From a virus: a stretch of DNA of 64,000 nt. Shown piece by piece: positions 36,551 to 44,049 of this stretch (positions are counted from its first letter, which is position 1; each line of letters opens with the position of its first letter). The notes beneath the pieces are model-generated. The model searched no databases and was not told where the DNA came from. It saw nothing but the letters and a program-made list of their open reading frames with translations. Made by a program: the position numbers and the translations under genes. The stretch lies in the IMG/VR virus record IMGVR_UViG_3300030108_004965, positions 96,001-160,000 of that record. One strand, given 5' to 3'.

Positions 36551-36573
36551 ACTGTCCTCCGTATTATGTTAAT

Positions 36574-36602
36574 AATATAACCTGTCTGTTGTCTTTTGTC
36601 AA
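36574..36602 (-). promoter_or_regulatory. Sigma70-type early promoter
   Basis: TTGACA-17-TATATT. Confidence 0.8.
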
Positions 36603-36618
36603 ATAAATAAAGAAAAAA

Positions 36619-36644
36619 CCCCCACACTCAAAAGAGCATGGGGG
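36619..36644 (-). terminator. Intrinsic terminator after recA
   Basis: CCCCCA..CTC-AAAA-GAG..TGGGGG with U-run. Confidence 0.7.
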
Positions 36645-36667
36645 CGAGGTTGGTTGCTTTACGTCGT

Positions 36668-37789
36668 TTATTTTTCTTTGTCGACATCAAAGTTCTTACC
36701 TTCGGTATCGAACTTCTTAATTATCTCTTCATCCATAATCTCAAAGACCAGAGATTTAAACTTTTGATCTTTTAGTTTATCTAACCAAGAGGATGATCGG
36801 AACTTATGTTCCTTACCTTTAGCGTCGGTAAGGTAGTACCAGCCGCCCCCTACCCGAAAACGGTCTGATTGAGATAAACGCAAGGCTTCGAGCCACGATT
36901 CTTCATCTTGAATTCGCGCCTCTCCACCCCACAGGATTTTGAACCCACAAGTTCTTCCTTCCGTTCCAAAGCGAGATTTTTCAACCTTAACCTTGACCTC
37001 AGACCCAATCCGGAGACCAGAGTCGTCAGTAACGTATCCTGCTTTAGCCTTTCGCTTTGTTAACCAAATACGTTGGGAGCAGAAATACTCAATCGCTTTA
37101 CCGCCCGGAGCAATAAACGGGGTTGTCATTGCTTCGGCCACATTGCTTGTGATGTTGGTCTTGAGTTGGTTGATCAAGATTAACGTGCACTGCTGATTAG
37201 CAAGTGGGATTGTTAGTTTCGGAAAAGCCTTAGCAAAAATGCGAGGCTTGACTGCCATGGTAGATTGAGGATTGAAGTCAGATTCAATCTCTTTTTCAGA
37301 AGAGGTAGCAGCAATGCTATCCCAAATGAATAGAAACTGAGTCTCGGGATATTCTCCCATCAAATCCTCAATTGTCTCGAGAACCTTTTCCACAGAAAGA
37401 GCCTGAATGTAGAGTAGCGAGTCTACATCGACTCCCGCAGTCGTAAGAAACTGTGGGTCGATAGCACTTTCAGCATCGAAGTAAACCACAGTGTGGCCCA
37501 TCTTCTGTGCATTGGCGGCTATCTGAACTGCCATAAACGATTTTCCGGCTGAGGACAGTCCAGCAATCTCGGTGATTTTCCCAACAGGGATACCACCATA
37601 CCTTCCTCTACACGTTATAGAGTCCAGCCATCTGGATCCTGTAGGGATCCAAGTCTTTACTTCCGTAGGATTATCCTGACGGAGATCGTGCGCAATATCA
37701 ATTCCAACTTGTTTATTAACAAATTTTTTCATTGCACTGATATCAATTTTTCCGGGTTTTGTTTTTTTCATTTTAATTACTTTTCCCAA
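36668..37789 (-). CDS. recA: RecA/UvsX recombinase
   Basis: IPTGS, GKITEIAGLSSAGKS, FDAE, WDSIAA, INQLK, PGGKA, VEKSR; TTG start after AGGAG. Confidence 0.95.
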   Translation of the reverse strand: MGKVIKMKKTKPGKIDISAMKKFVNKQVGIDIAHDLRQDNPTEVKTWIPTGSRWLDSITCRGRYGGIPVGKITEIAGLSSAGKSFMAVQIAANAQKMGHTVVYFDAESAIDPQFLTTAGVDVDSLLYIQALSVEKVLETIEDLMGEYPETQFLFIWDSIAATSSEKEIESDFNPQSTMAVKPRIFAKAFPKLTIPLANQQCTLILINQLKTNITSNVAEAMTTPFIAPGGKAIEYFCSQRIWLTKRKAKAGYVTDDSGLRIGSEVKVKVEKSRFGTEGRTCGFKILWGGEARIQDEESWLEALRLSQSDRFRVGGGWYYLTDAKGKEHKFRSSSWLDKLKDQKFKSLVFEIMDEEIIKKFDTEGKNFDVDKEK

Positions 37790-37847
37790 TTTGTTCTCCT
37801 GTAAATAGTGAGGCATCTTTAAACCCATGCCTCCCTGCGGTGTAAAT

Positions 37848-38996
37848 TTATTTTGCCGCGTTCTGTACGGGGAACTGGATTCCGTATACAGAAGGCTGTG
37901 TAACAATCTCATTCCAAATTGTCGACTGTCGTCTCTTTCTGTAGTCACCATTCCAGTTCAAACGCATTTGTTCAAAATAATAATTAGCCTTAACAGTGGG
38001 ACCAGATTTTTCATCTTGAACTTGTTTGTTGCGTGAGTCCTGTTCTAGTTTTGAGTCTAGTTTTGAAACTTCAGATACAAACTTAGATTCATCAGTGATG
38101 ATCATTTTGTTATTAACAATCGACTCGCAGACCAATGTAAAACACAAGTGTTTTTTACTTGGAACGTTATGGACACTGTTAATTGATGTCATCAAATCTA
38201 AAATTTTTGAAGTTTTTAGACTAGAGAAACCACAATATGCTTCAGACCAGCTTAAATTAACTCCATCTTTATAGAGACGATTAAGGGCACCATCACCAAC
38301 ATCAGCTTTTGGGTCAGTACAGTGTACATAAAGCTTAGAAATGAACTGCTCTGGTTTCATTAAAGATAGAGATCTCTTTCCAAATAGAGACTCAAACAGA
38401 GGCACATGTTTTTTGGCCTCACTCCTAGTCCATTCAGACATCTCAGTTTGTAGAGCATTTCTTTTATGCTGGGCTGTTAAGGATTCGCCCTCATTAAGAC
38501 CCAAGAAGATTCGAGACAAATCTTGCTTCTTAACATCTTCAAACACAGTCATACAGATTTGACTATTAAGAAATTTAGTTTGCACAGATTCGGGCAAATC
38601 TTTAAAAAGTTTGTTTCTTACAGAAACTTGATTGCCATCCAAGTCTATAGTAACACCGGTAAATGCAGAGCCCTCTTCATTATTTAGAAAATCACTAATG
38701 CATTTTGTTCTGTGCTTTCCATCTAGACTTATGTACCTAAATTTTCTACCAATCATTTTGGCAAAGTATTCTTCACTAACTACATCGCCTTCGTTTTCTG
38801 CATAAGTACGGCAACTGTTAACGTCTGCTAAGACAATAGGGGTTGCTGCGAATTCAAAGAAAATATCTTGAATAAAACCATTCTTGTTGTTTTTATTCCA
38901 ACAACCGTGAGGTCTCTCGAACGACTCTTCTGTTGTGATAGTTTTGATTATAGACCGGTTATAATCACGAACGGTCTTCGTTTTTTGATCAAACAT
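37848..38996 (-). CDS. DUF262/ParB-like domain protein
   Basis: SLDGKHRT...DF...; IF..LN.G..LT. Confidence 0.7.
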   Translation of the reverse strand: MFDQKTKTVRDYNRSIIKTITTEESFERPHGCWNKNNKNGFIQDIFFEFAATPIVLADVNSCRTYAENEGDVVSEEYFAKMIGRKFRYISLDGKHRTKCISDFLNNEEGSAFTGVTIDLDGNQVSVRNKLFKDLPESVQTKFLNSQICMTVFEDVKKQDLSRIFLGLNEGESLTAQHKRNALQTEMSEWTRSEAKKHVPLFESLFGKRSLSLMKPEQFISKLYVHCTDPKADVGDGALNRLYKDGVNLSWSEAYCGFSSLKTSKILDLMTSINSVHNVPSKKHLCFTLVCESIVNNKMIITDESKFVSEVSKLDSKLEQDSRNKQVQDEKSGPTVKANYYFEQMRLNWNGDYRKRRQSTIWNEIVTQPSVYGIQFPVQNAAK

Positions 38997-39082
38997 TGTT
39001 GATCTCCTTGTTAAGTTGTGGATTCGGCCCACATTCCGTTGATGGGTACTTGCGATAAGCACCGATCAAAAAAATTTAAAAA

Positions 39083-39116
39083 ATGCCGTCACTTTTTTCA
39101 CTAGGGTGGACGGCAT
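39083..39116 (-). terminator. Intrinsic terminator after ssb
   Basis: ATGCCGTC/GACGGCAT stem with U-run. Confidence 0.7.
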
Positions 39117-39135
39117 ACCCTTTCAACTTGGAGGA

Positions 39136-39903
39136 CTAATCGTTGTTCATGAATTTATCAAAGGCCTCGTCGATTCCCGATGACTTCTTAGAGTATTTTG
39201 TAGTTTCACTCGAATGGTTTTCGGAAGATGATTCGGAGGACAAGAAATCATCCAAAAGTGCCTGTACTTCTTCAGTAGATTTGCGATCAAATAGACCGCC
39301 AATGTCAGGGATAGAATCTAACAATTCTCCGCAATCAGCAATTGCTTCATCGCAAAGCACACTCGGTCGTCGACGAGGTTTTAGGGTAGTCTTAGGGAAA
39401 GACCCCGGAGTTCCGGGTACATCATAGTTCAGAACAATATCTGTTCCAGTTTCAGGATCCGTCACGTCACCATAGTCAGGGTCGAGGACATAACCCAGCA
39501 AGGTTTCATACGCGGTCTTTCCATAAGACCAAACTTTTACTCCCTCGGTTTCCTTGCCTCGAACGATGATTGGTGAATAGTAACGCTTACGAACAAATAG
39601 TTTCTTTGCTTCACTCTTAAGAGTTGCGTCATCGTTTTCTATACCTTGTTTCCATAGTTTGGATGCAAAATTACAAATCGGGCAATCCTCTCCATGGTTT
39701 CGTTTAGGGCACATAATCCCGGGATTTTTTCCTACATTATAATGGAAGTGAAACTCCTTGAACGGATCTCCATCTTCTGTAGGTAGAATACGAATGGTTT
39801 GGTCTCCTTGTGTTGGTCTCCACTTCGTATTGTTTGTTTGTGGTTTGTTGCCATTTTTAGATGCGTTTAGTTTGGCGCGCATCGCTTCAATATCAATAGC
39901 CAT
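39136..39903 (-). CDS. gp32-like single-stranded DNA-binding protein
   Basis: IRILP, HFHY, CP.....CPIC, RYYSPI, KVWSYGK, G.DI.L; acidic tail. Confidence 0.9.
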   Translation of the reverse strand: MAIDIEAMRAKLNASKNGNKPQTNNTKWRPTQGDQTIRILPTEDGDPFKEFHFHYNVGKNPGIMCPKRNHGEDCPICNFASKLWKQGIENDDATLKSEAKKLFVRKRYYSPIIVRGKETEGVKVWSYGKTAYETLLGYVLDPDYGDVTDPETGTDIVLNYDVPGTPGSFPKTTLKPRRRPSVLCDEAIADCGELLDSIPDIGGLFDRKSTEEVQALLDDFLSSESSSENHSSETTKYSKKSSGIDEAFDKFMNND

Positions 39904-39997
39904 AATTAGTTCTCCTTACAGTTGCTATTTTAAGGTGAGCAGGGTTTCGACCTTACTCCCAGTTTGTTTTTTGTTGTGAAACTTAACTCACAGTATT

Positions 39998-40026
39998 AAT
40001 ATAACATGTTTATTAAACCTTGTCAA
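39998..40026 (-). promoter_or_regulatory. Sigma70-type promoter (ssb)
   Basis: TTGACA-17-TATATT. Confidence 0.8.
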
Positions 40027-40081
40027 GTATAAAAGTGAACATTTTTTTAAGGAAAATGAACAAAAACCTTCGTTACAAATC

Positions 40082-40336
40082 TTATACAGAGATTGTAACC
40101 ATACGGGTCACGGAAGATAACTTGCCGTTCGTAGTGTTGTAATTGAAGGTACGATACTGTTTGAGGTCTACATCATATACTGTTTCGTAGCCATCTTTAA
40201 GTTTTCGTGTCTTCTTGAAACGACTTGTGATTGAAGCCGGAAAATCAGAAAGTCTAATGAATTGCATTTGACGTTGAAATCCTGATTTGTTTCTAAAGGT
40301 ACCAGTGTATACTGGGAATTGTTGAGTGATGTTCAT
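40082..40336 (-). CDS. Hypothetical protein, WYL-like/SH3 pattern
   Basis: TF.NKSG..R.M...VYDVD...YRTF. Confidence 0.7.
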   Translation of the reverse strand: MNITQQFPVYTGTFRNKSGFQRQMQFIRLSDFPASITSRFKKTRKLKDGYETVYDVDLKQYRTFNYNTTNGKLSSVTRMVTISV

Positions 40337-40369
40337 AATTCCTCCTATTTTGATTTATTGAACATTAAT

Positions 40370-40398
40370 AATGTAACACGTTTGAGACAGTGTGTCAA
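40370..40398 (-). promoter_or_regulatory. Sigma70-type promoter
   Basis: TTGACA-17-TACATT. Confidence 0.7.
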
Positions 40399-40406
40399 AA
40401 ATTTTT

Positions 40407-40484
40407 TTAAAGTTTGTCATGTACATACATCCAAAGCCAAGTGAATGCAAATACAAAGACGATTGTTGCAAATATGAGTTCCAT
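40407..40484 (-). CDS. 25-aa single-TM micropeptide
   Basis: MELIFATIVFVFAFTWLWMYVHDKL; TAATG coupling. Confidence 0.55.
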   Translation of the reverse strand: MELIFATIVFVFAFTWLWMYVHDKL

Positions 40485-40570
40485 TACTCTGTCTCCGTAA
40501 TGGCTGTATCTGCTGAATCGGTTTCTTTTTCGCCACAACCGAATAAAAGTGTCGTAATAAACAAAATCAT
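40484..40570 (-). CDS. 28-aa putative micro-lipoprotein
   Basis: MILFITTLLFGC|GEKETDSADTAITETE; RBS AGGAG; ATGA overlap with the tubulin-like gene. Confidence 0.6.
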   Translation of the reverse strand: MILFITTLLFGCGEKETDSADTAITETE

Positions 40571-41379
40571 TTAATCTCCTGAATAAAGTGTGTATAGTGT
40601 TTTGTGTAATAATAACTTTCTGATTCTTCTGTGGACCAGATAGCAAATGAAGTTTCTCTTCCAAGATCTTTGCTTTCTTTTGCCATTGCTCTTACATTAG
40701 GCAGAATAGAAATGTCGTTAGCAAGTTCTTCTTCATTTATGTTAATAATATAACTTGTTTCAGTAATGTTGTCAAGTGGAAAGAGTAACTTTTCTTCATT
40801 TTTTTCTAATAAACCATAGCCGAGTGTTGTTATCCTGCTGATTTCTTTAGGAATATGCATAGAGCCAAATTCTGACTTGACATTATTACAATAATTAAAG
40901 GTGTGAATTGCTGTGTAGATGTAGTGATTTACTTTTTTATAGTAATCATAAATTGTTCCGTGACCTACAAGGCTTACAAGCATTTTATTATCAACCAAGA
41001 TCATTTCTTTTATCTTACCAGACCTTGTATACTCCTGTAGGACGTTAAAGTGAACTTTGTGTCTCAATTGTTCCTTCTTGGATGAAAATTCCAAATCCGG
41101 ACACACATATAAAACAGTCATTTCAACGTGCAATAAACCCTCTAGAACGCGTAGCGTGGCACCAGAGATCTTACCACTACCACAAACAATTAAAATGCCT
41201 TCAGAGGCAGATTTGATGGCTTTCTTGCGTGGTCTATAATTGATTGCATCATACTCTTCAACTGACTGTTGTTTTTTTATACCCTTCCCTTCATCTAATA
41301 ACTCAACATGATATTGACTGTGTTGTTTGAAAAGAGTTGCGATGTTACACCCAGCCTCTCCAAGTCCTATGATTAGCAT
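40567..41379 (-). CDS. Tubulin/FtsZ-superfamily protein (PhuZ/TubZ-like)
   Basis: IIGLGEAGCNIA nucleotide loop, CGSGKISGA (degenerate signature), ILVDN. Confidence 0.75.
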   Translation of the reverse strand: MLIIGLGEAGCNIATLFKQHSQYHVELLDEGKGIKKQQSVEEYDAINYRPRKKAIKSASEGILIVCGSGKISGATLRVLEGLLHVEMTVLYVCPDLEFSSKKEQLRHKVHFNVLQEYTRSGKIKEMILVDNKMLVSLVGHGTIYDYYKKVNHYIYTAIHTFNYCNNVKSEFGSMHIPKEISRITTLGYGLLEKNEEKLLFPLDNITETSYIININEEELANDISILPNVRAMAKESKDLGRETSFAIWSTEESESYYYTKHYTHFIQEIK

Positions 41380-41585
41380 TTTTCCTCCAATTTTTCTATT
41401 TCGTCCTCAAACAAATAGTATATTCTACCGTTGATGGCAACGCCGTAAACATTCATCCTATCAAAGTACGCATTAGTTTCTGAGACGACACCAATTTCGC
41501 CCTCTTTAAGTTGTCCCATGATAGCCCTGATGTTTTCTACTTTTTTTAAAGTAACAACCAAGTCACCGTTTTTCAAGGGTGCCAT
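41373..41585 (-). CDS. SH3-like hypothetical protein
   Basis: LKNGDLVV...GVV...YGV.ING...EIEKL. Confidence 0.7.
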   Translation of the reverse strand: MAPLKNGDLVVTLKKVENIRAIMGQLKEGEIGVVSETNAYFDRMNVYGVAINGRIYYLFEDEIEKLEEKC

Positions 41586-42769
41586 GTGAATTCTCTCATG
41601 TCTCCAAGGTTATGTCCGATGTGACAAGAAGATGGGAACTTGCCCAACTTTGTATCCTCAAAGATCTCTTTCAATTGCGGAATAAGGCAACGATCATCCC
41701 GATGAAGGTCAATAATACAGCAATCGTGTATAGTAAAGGCGACATAACTTTTTCTATCCCTTAAGAATACATTGATCTTACTGACCCGTTCCAAACAATT
41801 ATCACTGGAATGAGACTGGAGAACATAATTGAGGGCGTGGAAGGGGCCGCAGGCGGCTTGTCGTCCGAATTTGGTGTGTATTTTTTCTTCTCGGTAGTAT
41901 TGTCCCAGAATGGCTTGTTTGTCATAGGGAGAGGATTCGAGTGCTTGGGAGTTGGGGTTGTAGAGCCATGCGAAGAATTTTTGCTTTGCTTCGTCACGAC
42001 TAATTTCTTGCTTAAATATTTTCTGTTGATGCCATTCATGTATATCTCCTTGTGGCTGGTTCTCTCCTGAGAGAGATAATAGTGTTCTGATTTCGGCTGC
42101 GTTGAAATCCAGTTCCAAAAAGCAGTCCCACTTTGGTTCTACTATAGGTTTCAATTCTTTTTTCAAGTTCATAATTGGAAAACTGCCCGTTCTAGTAGTG
42201 AGGCGACCGGTCTTGCTGCCGAATAAATTATAATTCACAGTTGGGTGTGGATTGTCTTGCATCCATTTCAAAAGATTTCTTGCCTTTATATCGGTTTTTG
42301 CTAAATTATATAGTTTGTGCATGTTAATATTCACTCGGTTTTTCGCTATGTCCTGTATGGTTAGGTAAGCCTCATGCATAAAAGAATAGTTTCTAGGTTC
42401 TTCAAAATTTTCAAAAACCCATTCGCAGATTTCGTTTTTGACCTGAAAATAATGTTGCAAGTGTTTCTGAGGTACAAGATCATAGAAACATACGTCTTCG
42501 AAATTTATTTTTGCTTTATTGAATGATTTAAAATGTGCTTTTATTTTGTTCTCATAACATAAGAATCTATTTTTCAAGTGCTCTGGGCAAACATCTCTAA
42601 TACTCTGACCACCAGACCAAATGTAACCGTAATGTATAAACTCGTCCCTAAGATGATCAGAATAATTCCAAGTGCTGTCGAGATTTTTAAAATTCTCTTC
42701 ATAAATAAATTCTCCATTTGCAAAAAAGCCAACACAATCTCTCTTGTCGTCTAGGATTTGAAATACCAT
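41573..42769 (-). CDS. Short family-A DNA polymerase (polymerase domain only)
   Basis: KTGRLT, LELDFNAAEIR (motif A), R.EAK..F..LY (motif B), ALNYVLQS, IHD (motif C). Confidence 0.85.
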   Translation of the reverse strand: MVFQILDDKRDCVGFFANGEFIYEENFKNLDSTWNYSDHLRDEFIHYGYIWSGGQSIRDVCPEHLKNRFLCYENKIKAHFKSFNKAKINFEDVCFYDLVPQKHLQHYFQVKNEICEWVFENFEEPRNYSFMHEAYLTIQDIAKNRVNINMHKLYNLAKTDIKARNLLKWMQDNPHPTVNYNLFGSKTGRLTTRTGSFPIMNLKKELKPIVEPKWDCFLELDFNAAEIRTLLSLSGENQPQGDIHEWHQQKIFKQEISRDEAKQKFFAWLYNPNSQALESSPYDKQAILGQYYREEKIHTKFGRQAACGPFHALNYVLQSHSSDNCLERVSKINVFLRDRKSYVAFTIHDCCIIDLHRDDRCLIPQLKEIFEDTKLGKFPSSCHIGHNLGDMREFTWHP

Positions 42770-42798
42770 TTGTCCTCCAGTGTTTCATAATCTTATAT

Positions 42799-42827
42799 AA
42801 GATAACATTAATAGGTTCTTTTGTCAA
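42799..42827 (-). promoter_or_regulatory. Sigma70-type promoter
   Basis: TTGACA-17-TATCTT. Confidence 0.7.
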
Positions 42828-44049
42828 GTTTTTTTCTTAACCTTTTTTTATGATGAGTTAGTGTTCCTTTTTTGCTCATGAACTTTTTACTAAATTGATT
42901 GTCAATTTGTTCAAGCATTCTATTTTCAGAAATTTTTCTTACAACTAAAGCGCTTTCACAAATTTTATTTAATTCATATTTTGTATAAGGATTTCTTTCT
43001 TCTATGTTTCTTATATAAATATATAATTTAATAATATCATTATTATATATATCTAAATTATTTACTGGTCTTCTGAATACAATATTGGATTGTGTTTTAT
43101 TATGTTTTCCACAAACATAAACTGTATTGTGAATCCTATTACTATTGACAAACGAATTATAATAAGATCTCAAATGTTTTCTCAACTCATCCAAGTCAAA
43201 AAACAAAGACTTTTCAAATTGTGTGCTGAAGACCAAATCTAAACTACCTAAGTCAGGGTACCTTTCTCTATATTTTCTAATAGGCATGCCTATTTCTGGG
43301 TCTTCAAAAAGAGCATAAAGATTAGAAACTAAAACACCCGGATTTCTTTTACTAACTGAGAATCCATACTGTCTTGCTAAATTTAGATAAAATTGAAAAG
43401 CCGGATTATCAAGCATGACATCCTGTGTTAACTCGTCATTATGGAACGGTAACCCTGCTATGTCTATAGTCAATCCTGTTGTAAATATGTTGCTTCTATT
43501 TGATCTTTGAAAACCAGAGAACGTAACTGGGGAGCTTGGTCCTTTGTGCTCTACAAAATCGATAAAATGTCTCATAAAATCTTCAAAATTTATAACATCT
43601 TGTGTCCTATCCTCTAAAAAAGTTTCATAATACTCTGTCATCAATCCGGAAATGTAGTCAGAATATTCACTGAAAGGGTCAGAGTATCCTTTGTTAATGA
43701 CAATTTCAGATAATACACTATCTCCGGAGGGTATAAGTTGCATCTGTGTTGCTCTAAAAAAATGCTGTTGAAAATCATTAAACTGATCTGCTACAAAATT
43801 CATAGCACTGACTGTGGAGTTCTTGTTGTTGGAGTCCCGAACAACAAAAATAAAATCAGTCCTTGGAATCACTGCATTATGTTGCCTATCTATTCTGCCA
43901 TAAAGAGTTCTTTCTGCAAAATTAAAATCCAGTACATTTTGGGGACCGAGTCCGTTGTTTTGGGGAAAAGCATATAGGCTGTATTGTGACCTTTCGTACA
44001 TCAAAGACCCTGCGGATTTTATTTCATTATTTCCTTTAAACTCAGCCAT
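42808..44049 (-). CDS. Hypothetical protein, 413 aa
   Basis: Long ORF coupled to the baseplate cluster. Confidence 0.8.
   Translation of the reverse strand: MAEFKGNNEIKSAGSLMYERSQYSLYAFPQNNGLGPQNVLDFNFAERTLYGRIDRQHNAVIPRTDFIFVVRDSNNKNSTVSAMNFVADQFNDFQQHFFRATQMQLIPSGDSVLSEIVINKGYSDPFSEYSDYISGLMTEYYETFLEDRTQDVINFEDFMRHFIDFVEHKGPSSPVTFSGFQRSNRSNIFTTGLTIDIAGLPFHNDELTQDVMLDNPAFQFYLNLARQYGFSVSKRNPGVLVSNLYALFEDPEIGMPIRKYRERYPDLGSLDLVFSTQFEKSLFFDLDELRKHLRSYYNSFVNSNRIHNTVYVCGKHNKTQSNIVFRRPVNNLDIYNNDIIKLYIYIRNIEERNPYTKYELNKICESALVVRKISENRMLEQIDNQFSKKFMSKKGTLTHHKKRLRKKLDKRTY

Noticed and set aside
37790-37951. N-terminal extension of RecA
   Set aside because: It overlaps the DUF262 gene; AGGAG plus TTG at 37789 is the better start.
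39010-39070. tRNA-like hairpins upstream of the DUF262 gene
   Set aside because: There are only two short hairpins, with no cloverleaf, T-loop or CCA.
25764-40570. Host assignment from lipoprotein style (DTA/EPSTEP motifs) or tmRNA tag
   Set aside because: It is suggestive at most and needs database comparison; no host is claimed.
40485-40664. 85-aa ORF 40407-40664 as one gene
   Set aside because: Its upper part overlaps the tubulin-like gene and the micro-lipoprotein; only the last 25 codons look real.
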